Source: a virus. From it: a stretch of DNA of 64,000 nucleotides. The notes under the pieces were generated by a model that did not search any database, was not told the origin of the DNA, and was given only the letters and a program-made list of their open reading frames with translations. Positions 31,219 through 39,580 of the stretch are shown here, piece after piece. Where the stretch lies: IMG/VR virus record IMGVR_UViG_3300027816_000098, positions 2,561 through 66,560 of that record. One strand, 5' to 3'. The first letter of the stretch is position 1, and every line of letters starts with the position of its first letter. A program made the position numbers and the translations under genes.

Positions 31219-32208
31219 TTAGTTCTTTGAGAATGCAACTGCATCTGTTTCTTCGATTTGAACACCAAAACGTAAGAAAGTTGTATATTCTACAGTGTCT
31301 TTCTTAGGTTGGAATTCGCGATGTACAGTAATGTCTCTTTGGAATCCCCAAATACGGTTTTCTGGGAATGTCAATGAGATATAGTCTGCTGGCATCAAAG
31401 GAACTTCAACTAGAGGAATTCCTAGTACACGGTATGTAACAGGTGCACCTAATGTTTGTGGTGCTACTCCGTCAATAACGCGTTCTACGATTCTTTCTGA
31501 TGGCAAGTTACCGCTTGAGCCGAGACCATTGATGATATCTGCTACTGTTTCGCTAGAAGCGTAGAATTTCATTGCACCGCGTGATGCACGATACTTACGT
31601 GGCATTGCAAGAACTAATGCTTGCAAATCTTCCACGGTTGTACCAAATGTACCACCAGCATCGTTACCAGTTTGTTCTTTTACATAGAAACCTTCCAAAA
31701 TGTTAAGGAATGAGTTTGTACCAGAACCTGTACCGTTGATAGCAAGATCTTCAAGATCGTTTGCAAATGCACGAGTCATTGTGCGAACTAAGTGATCTTC
31801 TAATCCTGCACCTTCGATGTTGTCTTCAAGTGCTTCTGTTGATACTTCCCAGTCAAGACGGATTTTCTTTGTAGAAAGTTCCACCTTTGTGAAAGTAACA
31901 CCAGCGTTGGTGTATGTTGCGTCTGCTTGTGCAGCAGCACGGATAACACGTTCTCCAACGTTTAACTTCTCTAGTTCTGCTGAGTTGGCACGCATTGTTA
32001 CACGGCGACCATCACGAGCAAGAACTTGTTGTTCGAAAATATATTCGATAAATTGAGCAGATTGTTCTGGATTTAAGATACCGCCACCATCGGCTGGTGA
32101 TGCTGTACCTGCAGGTCCTAGGTTTGCTGAAGGAGTTGATACTCCACCAATTCCACCTGAAACGATTGATCCAGTTGCTGCTGATTTTTCTAAAATTTCT
32201 TCTGACAT
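31219..32208 (-). CDS. Major capsid protein (HK97 fold)
   Basis: GGILNPEQS, EALEDNIEG, FANDLEDLAING motifs; strong RBS; biased codon use. Confidence 0.95.
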   Translation of the reverse strand: MSEEILEKSAATGSIVSGGIGGVSTPSANLGPAGTASPADGGGILNPEQSAQFIEYIFEQQVLARDGRRVTMRANSAELEKLNVGERVIRAAAQADATYTNAGVTFTKVELSTKKIRLDWEVSTEALEDNIEGAGLEDHLVRTMTRAFANDLEDLAINGTGSGTNSFLNILEGFYVKEQTGNDAGGTFGTTVEDLQALVLAMPRKYRASRGAMKFYASSETVADIINGLGSSGNLPSERIVERVIDGVAPQTLGAPVTYRVLGIPLVEVPLMPADYISLTFPENRIWGFQRDITVHREFQPKKDTVEYTTFLRFGVQIEETDAVAFSKN

Positions 32209-32232
32209 AATTTTTTCACCTCCCAGTGAATG

Positions 32233-32826
32233 TTAACGATAGAGGTCAGCGGAATTGAGGAAACGCCCGCCCCACATCGACCTTTTTTGTATTTTGTTTT
32301 CCTGCACGACCCCGCCGAGGTCGCCAGACTTGCGGATAGCGGTATCATCTTCTAGTGAGTCAACACGCTTTCCAAACTCTTCTGCGTTGTTTTTCATTGT
32401 TGTAACTTCCTCGTTTACTTTTGCAACGCTTTTTTGCAATTCGGCAATTTGATCATTAATTGATTTTACAGTTGCCACTAAATCTCCAACTGCTGCAGTA
32501 ACGGACTTGCTAACTTCTTCAACAGAAGTTTTGACTGTTTCAACAGCCTTTGCCAAGTCAGCATCTTTGCTCTCTTCAGCAGGAGTGGTGGCATCTTCAA
32601 CTACAGTATCAGATTTTTCAACTGCTTCTGCTGCTGCTTCTGCTGGTGCTTCTGCTGCTGCTTCTGCTGGTGCTTCTGCTGCTGCTTCTGCTGGTGCTTC
32701 TGCTGCTGCTTCTGCTGGTGCTTCTGCTGCTACTTCTGCTTCTGCTGTTTCAGACTCAACGATTTCATCTACAACGACTACTTCGTCTTCAACTGCCTTA
32801 GTTACTTCTTTTTCTGTATTTGCCAT
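32233..32826 (-). CDS. Scaffolding protein from an in-frame internal start (putative)
   Basis: AAAGGAGGGGAATAAT-ATG inside the protease gene, in frame, giving MANTEKEVTKAVE... Confidence 0.65.
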   Translation of the reverse strand: MANTEKEVTKAVEDEVVVVDEIVESETAEAEVAAEAPAEAAAEAPAEAAAEAPAEAAAEAPAEAAAEAVEKSDTVVEDATTPAEESKDADLAKAVETVKTSVEEVSKSVTAAVGDLVATVKSINDQIAELQKSVAKVNEEVTTMKNNAEEFGKRVDSLEDDTAIRKSGDLGGVVQENKIQKRSMWGGRFLNSADLYR

Positions 32827-33945
32827 ATTATTCCCCTCCTTTACGGAATTATCAATTGACATCCCATCAAGTGATTTTGATGAATTCATTCTTAATGTTT
32901 TCATCTTGTGTCCGACAATTGTATCCGTAGGTTTTCCATCTCTGTAAACCCTAATAGCAACTGCTGGATCTTCTGGCGTTCCTGTAATAGTAAAAGAACT
33001 ATTTGGAACCTTTATTTTTCCATTGCGAACGACTCTAGTAACTTTTCCTCTTGCAGTACCACCGCTTGAGTTCCAAGATACCATGTCGCCAACTCTAACA
33101 TTACTTGCTTTACCCATTTCTTCTTTTTCTTCTTTATCATGCCACATTGCCATATGATCTGGGCAATTTTTTGGATCTTCACAATCATCCATTGAATGTG
33201 GATTTTTATTTGGTGTCATTTCGTTTGTGATTGCACCATGTTCTTTTAATAAGTCTTTAATTCTTTGTGTTTTTTCTGTATCTGTTGTTTCAACAAATCC
33301 AATTAGTAATTCACCTGTACGTGGATCTTCTTCTTTAGAAAGTCTAACTAATCCATTATCTTTTGACCAATATACATTTTCAACAGTCATCTTAGATAAA
33401 AATCCATCAACAACATTAGTTCCATCTTCTTTCTTTTGAATAGATAAAATGTTTGCAAATTGATTTGCTGGATTATCTACTAAAGATAATTCACTCAAGT
33501 CATAATCTTTAATAACTCTAATTGCTTTATCCATCTGGGGGTCATATTGATCTTCACTATCTTTAATACTACCGCCAATAGAAAAACCAGAAAGAGTACC
33601 GTCAAGAACTTTTTCCCAAGTGTCTTGAGCACCTTTAGAAATGTAAGCATCTACATACACCCCATTATAAAACTTATCTTCTTCTTTGTTATAAAATTTA
33701 TCTGCTTTGAATGACATTACTCTACCGACTGCGATAGGCATGTGCATTTCTCTTAGATTTCCACGGAATCTTTCAAATGCCTTAATACTAACATCTGTTG
33801 GGACAATGTCTGACTGCTTGTCAACATTGTCTAGGGTTGCGAACCCTGAAACCATACGTTTTTCTTTATCGACTTTAGCGATTGGCATGGATAACTTTAT
33901 AGAGTTATCTTCAGAGTGCCAAAATGCTTTATGCAAATTAGTCAT
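32233..33945 (-). CDS. Prohead maturation protease fused to scaffold
   Basis: VSGFATLDNVD, REMH, GFSIGG and ELSLVDNPAN HK97-type protease motifs; acidic/coiled-coil C-terminus. Confidence 0.9.
   Translation of the reverse strand: MTNLHKAFWHSEDNSIKLSMPIAKVDKEKRMVSGFATLDNVDKQSDIVPTDVSIKAFERFRGNLREMHMPIAVGRVMSFKADKFYNKEEDKFYNGVYVDAYISKGAQDTWEKVLDGTLSGFSIGGSIKDSEDQYDPQMDKAIRVIKDYDLSELSLVDNPANQFANILSIQKKEDGTNVVDGFLSKMTVENVYWSKDNGLVRLSKEEDPRTGELLIGFVETTDTEKTQRIKDLLKEHGAITNEMTPNKNPHSMDDCEDPKNCPDHMAMWHDKEEKEEMGKASNVRVGDMVSWNSSGGTARGKVTRVVRNGKIKVPNSSFTITGTPEDPAVAIRVYRDGKPTDTIVGHKMKTLRMNSSKSLDGMSIDNSVKEGNNMANTEKEVTKAVEDEVVVVDEIVESETAEAEVAAEAPAEAAAEAPAEAAAEAPAEAAAEAPAEAAAEAVEKSDTVVEDATTPAEESKDADLAKAVETVKTSVEEVSKSVTAAVGDLVATVKSINDQIAELQKSVAKVNEEVTTMKNNAEEFGKRVDSLEDDTAIRKSGDLGGVVQENKIQKRSMWGGRFLNSADLYR
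32623..32739. repeat. 24-bp tandem repeat x4 plus a partial copy, encoding (PAEAAAEA)n
   Basis: tgcttctgctgctgcttctgctgg repeated perfectly four times. Confidence 0.95.
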
Positions 33946-33989
33946 ACTACTTCCATTATATTAGTATTTATAAGGGTTTTTAAAAACTG

Positions 33990-35549
33990 TTATAATACGG
34001 TTCTACCCTCGCCACCTGGACCTCGTCCAGTGGTGGTTGAAGGAGAATCACTAGCATTGTCAGTTCTTTGTTGATCCCTGCTTCTGTTTCCAGTTGCTTG
34101 TGCTGTTTGTTCTGCTCTTTGTTGAGCACCCAAAACAATTGGGTCTTGTCCCCCTAGTCTTGAAGGGTAACCAAGTCTTTCTCTTACTTCATTAGGAACA
34201 ACTACCTGCATTCTTAGATATCTTTCATCTATTTGGCTTTGAGTAGTTTCATCTGTTAAGGTAAGTTCATTTAGTTTAAATTGTAAAATATCTGTTTTTT
34301 CTTTAACAATTTTATTGATTACTTTTTCTAGGTTTCTTTGGGCTGGTCTAGCAACTTGTTCTTTGAATGTTCTATCAGAAGCGAGAGCAGAGGCAATAGA
34401 AACTCCAGCACCCCCTCCTACTTTAGAGAAAGGTACCTGGTGTGCCATCAAGATATCGTCTCTATTAGACTTACGGTATCTTTCAAACGATCCTTCTTGA
34501 ATTCCAGCCTCAATAGGATCCATCTTAAATTCTACTTTGCTATCTGTTGTATCTCCTGGAAGTGGGATATACAGAGTTCTGTGACTTTGACCACGAAGTC
34601 CTGATTGCAAGAATCTAAATAACTTATCTTCTGCGTCTGAACTTAATTTAGCACCTTTTAGGGTTACTATATATCTAGGAACTGCTTTGTTTTCAAAGTA
34701 GTCAATATTATATCTACCTGCTAAATTATCTCCTACCATTGATACTGATGATGCAATTGTATCTGGCACTCCGTAGTATGAAGTCTTTGGAGAGTATTTC
34801 TTGATATGGATAAGTTCATTTGGTCTTGGATCAGTAGTTACTGGATTTGATTCTTTTCCTTGGAAGTTTCTAAAGAATACAACTCTTTGGTTAACTATTT
34901 GAATATATCCATCACGAATACGGCGTACACGAATTGTAGTTGCTGGAATATGGCCAATGTAGCCTATTTCTCCATTTACTTTTCTACCTACTTCAATATA
35001 TCCATTTCCTGTTGATTCAACATCTGTATAAACTTTTTCTAATATATGGCTAAATGTATCTTCATCGTTTAGATCTTCTAACCACTGTGTCATCTGTGCT
35101 TTTAGTCTTTGAAGTTTTCTTTGTGCTCTCATCAGTTGTTCTTCTGATTCTGCTTCTTCTAATCTAGCAGTTGTAGCATCTGTATTTTCAAAGTGGTATC
35201 CTAAGCCAACTATGTTTGATACCTTGGCATTAATTGCAGCATGGTTTGCAAATGAGTTTTCGTAAAACCAAGCAAGTTCATCTAAATTATATGGAGGAAC
35301 AACAACATCATATAGTCCGTATGCTGTAACAATATCCATTTCTGGGAATAATTGTTTTGATTTTGTGTTATCTTGTCCTGTAAAAACTTTGTTTATTGAG
35401 CGTGATGCTCTGCGTTTAAAATTTGAATCTAGCCCAGAATATGATTTTGCTACTTCAGCATCAATCATGAAGTCGTCTGACTTTTGTTGCTTTTCCATTC
35501 TGTCTAGGTTATCTATTCTAGCAACGTATTCGTATTCTTCATTCTCCAT
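33990..35549 (-). CDS. Portal protein
   Basis: TGNGYIEV, ELIHIK, YYGVPD, YFENKAVP and NEVRERLG motifs. Confidence 0.93.
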   Translation of the reverse strand: MENEEYEYVARIDNLDRMEKQQKSDDFMIDAEVAKSYSGLDSNFKRRASRSINKVFTGQDNTKSKQLFPEMDIVTAYGLYDVVVPPYNLDELAWFYENSFANHAAINAKVSNIVGLGYHFENTDATTARLEEAESEEQLMRAQRKLQRLKAQMTQWLEDLNDEDTFSHILEKVYTDVESTGNGYIEVGRKVNGEIGYIGHIPATTIRVRRIRDGYIQIVNQRVVFFRNFQGKESNPVTTDPRPNELIHIKKYSPKTSYYGVPDTIASSVSMVGDNLAGRYNIDYFENKAVPRYIVTLKGAKLSSDAEDKLFRFLQSGLRGQSHRTLYIPLPGDTTDSKVEFKMDPIEAGIQEGSFERYRKSNRDDILMAHQVPFSKVGGGAGVSIASALASDRTFKEQVARPAQRNLEKVINKIVKEKTDILQFKLNELTLTDETTQSQIDERYLRMQVVVPNEVRERLGYPSRLGGQDPIVLGAQQRAEQTAQATGNRSRDQQRTDNASDSPSTTTGRGPGGEGRTVL

Positions 35550-35904
35550 TTGACTTTAAACCTCTTTCTGCATCCATCCATGCACCGATATCTGTTTCGC
35601 TTGCAATGTATCCTTCTTTCATTCTTTGAACTTGTTCTGAGTACTCAGCATCGGATACTCTTCTTATTCCTGGCATAAAAATTACTTTTCCTGCTGGTGC
35701 TCCGTAGTATTCTGCTGCTTGTTTTACCTTAGCCATCTTTTCAAGGTCGTATGGATGGCCAGGTATATTCATAACATTTCCTCTACCGTCTCCAAATGCT
35801 TTGCCATTCTTATCCATTTGCCACACATATATGCCATATTTTTGTTGTTTATTTAAGACTGTTAACTTACTTTTGCCATTTTTTGGATCACCGTAATTTT
35901 TCAT
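35539..35904 (-). CDS. Hypothetical protein
   Basis: ORF upstream of the portal; TGGTACAAT ends 7 nt before the ATG at 35904 (track start 35910). Confidence 0.7.
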   Translation of the reverse strand: MKNYGDPKNGKSKLTVLNKQQKYGIYVWQMDKNGKAFGDGRGNVMNIPGHPYDLEKMAKVKQAAEYYGAPAGKVIFMPGIRRVSDAEYSEQVQRMKEGYIASETDIGAWMDAERGLKSNGE

Positions 35905-35922
35905 ATACACAATTGTACCATA

Positions 35923-38900
35923 CTATACTGGTTTTTGGCTATACTCTTCCCAAATTGTTCCAGTAATTACAACTACGCTATCAGAACTTACATTTAGTTG
36001 TGAAGTATCATCTAAAACTACACTAGCAACTCCAAAAGTAGACTCATATATATTTGTTCCATCAACATTGATCCTAAGTTCTTCTACTTGTCCTTCTATG
36101 CTTGACCAGTTTTGTGCGTCTTCCCAGGTTTGCCATGTTGTTTCTGTGCTAATGTCAACCCAGTCATTTAAGATAAACTCTCTTCCTACTGCTTCATTTG
36201 ACTTTCTATAAAAAGCCATATTATTAACCATGAGCCCCTCATATACTTCAAATTGTCCAACATAGTTTGCTAAATCTTCACCCTGATCAAATACTATAAG
36301 TATTGAATTCCAAGTTAAAGGGGTAATGTAGATATCATCAACTAACTTACCATTTTGATAAAATATTAAATCATTAGATACATTTATATTATTTTCGTCA
36401 TATACCTCTACCTTGCCTCTAAGGCTATTTGATTCTGGGGATAGGTATAGGGTGTATGTTTTTAGGTATGTTTTTATTTGTGCAATAGCCTGGGTAGGCT
36501 CTATTGTATAGTCCTTGTTGTAGAATCCCCAAAATTGAACTCCACCTAGCAAATACTGGCTTGCTTGCTGTTGGTTTATTGGAACAGTTATTCCCCTTGT
36601 TGCAGATGAATCATATGGTAATACGCTTATTCCTGAGTCTGCAGTTGTATACATGTATGACGTAGAGTCTTTATAGACAACAAATGGATTTTTATTTTTG
36701 TAAACATAAAATTTATCATATCTACTAAAAGGATATAGTTTGTATCCATCTGGGCTACTTATTGAATAAAAAGAACTTTCATCATATGCTAGCGATGAAA
36801 GAGACATTTTTTTAATTTGGATAGGATTATTTATCAAGCCATTAGTTTGTAGTTCAATATGGACTGTTATGTAGTAGTCTTTAAAGTCAACTAGTTCTTT
36901 GGGTGGGAATATAACAGTTCTATCCATTACTTCGTACTTTGTGGTATTAAAATCTTGAATAGTTTCAGAATCAAAATCTAGTACCCTGTCTCCATTAATT
37001 CTTTGTATAAATTCGTATTGAGAATATGGTATCTTTCCTACATCTGCAAAATTTTGTAATGTTACATATGACTTTATAAAGTAGTTTTCCTTAGAATAGT
37101 TTTTAAATGCTAAGTCTAGTTGTGGGTCTGTTAAGTAAGTTGTAGATGCTGATGGACCTCCTCCGTCAAACTCTAGGTCTACATCATCTACCTCTTTGTC
37201 ATAGAATCCATCATCGAACCAAAATTTAAAATTAGAAGACTGTGATGATCCTCCATCTAGATAGTATTGATCTTTTTTTAAAATTGGAGATGACGGTGTT
37301 TCTATGTTGTATTGTAATAAATCTAAGTCATAGTATGAATTTTTATTTCTGTCTTCTACGTATCTTCCAAAATATGATAGTGGAATTGAGTCTTCCCAGT
37401 ATCCAGAGGCACCTATGTCTAACAACAAACTGTCTGACAATCTTTGAGGATAAAATGTATAGTTTCCTATATAATATTTCAAGTATAAAGAATCTAGTGT
37501 TTGGGTAAAGAATCCACTAGCGGTAATATATTCACTTAAATCTTTTTGAGTATACAGTGCATTATTAAAGGTAATTCTATGTATCTTTCCACTATATACA
37601 GAATTTTGTGTACCGCCCAATCTCAAAGATAGGTTTTGTGGATTAAAGAAAAAGTTTTCTATAGTTGCAGCATACTGGGTATTTATAGTATTAAGATCAA
37701 TTCCTGCTATAAATGTTGAAGATGCTGAAAGAGAAAGTTGTCCTATTTTGGTAGAGTTAAAGTAGTACTCTAAGCCAGAGTTACTTACCGTTACCTCAAA
37801 CGTATTGCTGTTAAAACTGTTAGAAAATGTCATCAAAACTTCTGGGCTTGCTGAAAGTGATGCTGGTGACTCAAATACTCCAAATATACTTCTTATAGGA
37901 CTATTCAAGAAATTTAAATTAGAAAAGTATATGCTAGAAACTATGTTGTTATAAGATGAGTCTGGTCTTAGTTTAATAAATGGATATTCATCATCTTGTA
38001 TATTATAGTTATCAGTTAAGAATGTATTTAACTCTACCCCTTCAAAAGACCCACTTGCTGAAGTACTAAATATGATATCTGGAAGTTGGTAGTTTGGAAA
38101 CGATAAAAATCTTGATGTGCTACTTAAGTTATTAAAAAATCCAGAGTTCCAATCATTCATGTCTGGATAGTTTAATGTAGATGTATATTTAGCGTATGGA
38201 AAGTCTAGTTGGAAAGAGTCTCCATTAAAGTTTGTTGCTATATTGTTTGCCGCCTCAACACCTTGTGCATAAATAAATCTTCTTTTTGCAACTTGTTCTG
38301 GAACTGCGTAAGGGTAAACTGCAAAACAATCAATTTCTAAATTAGGAATTTCTTCATCGGAAAAAAAGCCAACATAGTCTTTAGTTATTTCTGGAAAAGA
38401 AATACTGTTTTGATCCAAGTCCATTTGTATTACTAAGTCACCGTTTATCAATAGTGAGGCATTGGCTATATTGTAAACAAAGTCTATTAGCATTGGTCTA
38501 TACCATTTGCCAATAAAATAAGACTTTTTGTTTAATCCTATCTTAATTATAATAAAATCACTTTCTATATAAATTCCATCTTCTGATGTTAGCGGACCAA
38601 ATATTTTTATTGGATTTTTTGCTGTGGTATATGCTCGCAACCAAAATTCTGCAGTTAATGTTCTATATCTTCCAAATTCATTTAGAAATCCTTGACCTTC
38701 AAATGCTAGTGATGGAGTTCTTCCATATAGCGGATGCTTTAATGATGTAATGTTATTGGATCCAAAAGTAATTGGAAAGTCTAATGTTGAAGAAAGCATT
38801 CTATTTTTTTCAACTAGGTAGTATCCATTGTTTGAGTTTCCAATACCGTATGAATCTGCTGCAACTACTGTTATTGCGGAAGCAGAAAGAGAAGTGTAAT

Positions 38901-39549
38901 TTGATGCTGATACAATTCCTAAAAGTGCTGCATCTTGTATTTGTTCTGGAACCTTTCCAGTTGTTTCGTAGTGAAATAATTCAGACCACTGCCCTACGGA
39001 AAGTCCATTGAAAACAATATTATACTCATCACCAAAGTCTGGGCCAGCATTTAAATATGTAACTCTTACAAATGGATATATGTCTACATTTCCTTCTGGA
39101 ACTTGCATTGTATGACTTACTTTTTCCCACTTCTCATTTTCTGGTCCACTGAGAGTGCTAAAGTATAAATTATTGTTATATCTAAATCCTATATCAACAG
39201 TCAAAACAAATCCAGAGGTATCGTAGAAAAATGTGTTTATAGATATTGTCTTTTTATCTGGATCTAGATTTAACTCTGTATTTATTGGAGATGCTAATGC
39301 TGATGCGGATAGTGATACAGACGCTGAGTTAATTGTCATGTAGTACTTTGGATTTCCAGCCATAGGCTCACCGTATACTGCAGATGGAGAAACTACCTCT
39401 TCTAGGTTATAAAGAGACCAATTTGCTAGATCTTTTTGAGATGTACTTAATTTAGAAACGTAAGATGCTTCATCATCTAAAGACCATAGTGCTATTGGGT
39501 GTTCTGCATAGATTCTAGCAGCGTATAGGTTTGAAACTGATTTAGACAT
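35923..39549 (-). CDS. Large virion structural protein with ConA/LamG-like domains
   Basis: PIALWSLDD N-terminus; TAEFW...LLING...IDCFAVY LamG-like pattern; 1208 aa. Confidence 0.7.
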   Translation of the reverse strand: MSKSVSNLYAARIYAEHPIALWSLDDEASYVSKLSTSQKDLANWSLYNLEEVVSPSAVYGEPMAGNPKYYMTINSASVSLSASALASPINTELNLDPDKKTISINTFFYDTSGFVLTVDIGFRYNNNLYFSTLSGPENEKWEKVSHTMQVPEGNVDIYPFVRVTYLNAGPDFGDEYNIVFNGLSVGQWSELFHYETTGKVPEQIQDAALLGIVSASNYTSLSASAITVVAADSYGIGNSNNGYYLVEKNRMLSSTLDFPITFGSNNITSLKHPLYGRTPSLAFEGQGFLNEFGRYRTLTAEFWLRAYTTAKNPIKIFGPLTSEDGIYIESDFIIIKIGLNKKSYFIGKWYRPMLIDFVYNIANASLLINGDLVIQMDLDQNSISFPEITKDYVGFFSDEEIPNLEIDCFAVYPYAVPEQVAKRRFIYAQGVEAANNIATNFNGDSFQLDFPYAKYTSTLNYPDMNDWNSGFFNNLSSTSRFLSFPNYQLPDIIFSTSASGSFEGVELNTFLTDNYNIQDDEYPFIKLRPDSSYNNIVSSIYFSNLNFLNSPIRSIFGVFESPASLSASPEVLMTFSNSFNSNTFEVTVSNSGLEYYFNSTKIGQLSLSASSTFIAGIDLNTINTQYAATIENFFFNPQNLSLRLGGTQNSVYSGKIHRITFNNALYTQKDLSEYITASGFFTQTLDSLYLKYYIGNYTFYPQRLSDSLLLDIGASGYWEDSIPLSYFGRYVEDRNKNSYYDLDLLQYNIETPSSPILKKDQYYLDGGSSQSSNFKFWFDDGFYDKEVDDVDLEFDGGGPSASTTYLTDPQLDLAFKNYSKENYFIKSYVTLQNFADVGKIPYSQYEFIQRINGDRVLDFDSETIQDFNTTKYEVMDRTVIFPPKELVDFKDYYITVHIELQTNGLINNPIQIKKMSLSSLAYDESSFYSISSPDGYKLYPFSRYDKFYVYKNKNPFVVYKDSTSYMYTTADSGISVLPYDSSATRGITVPINQQQASQYLLGGVQFWGFYNKDYTIEPTQAIAQIKTYLKTYTLYLSPESNSLRGKVEVYDENNINVSNDLIFYQNGKLVDDIYITPLTWNSILIVFDQGEDLANYVGQFEVYEGLMVNNMAFYRKSNEAVGREFILNDWVDISTETTWQTWEDAQNWSSIEGQVEELRINVDGTNIYESTFGVASVVLDDTSQLNVSSDSVVVITGTIWEEYSQKPV

Positions 39550-39580
39550 AGATATTCCTCTAGTCTATTTTAGCATGTTA

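Noticed and set aside
28462-32275. The inverted repeat as an invertase (phase-variation) site
   Set aside because: The repeat is imperfect, no site-specific recombinase is present, and inversion would break the head operon; RNA pairing fits better.
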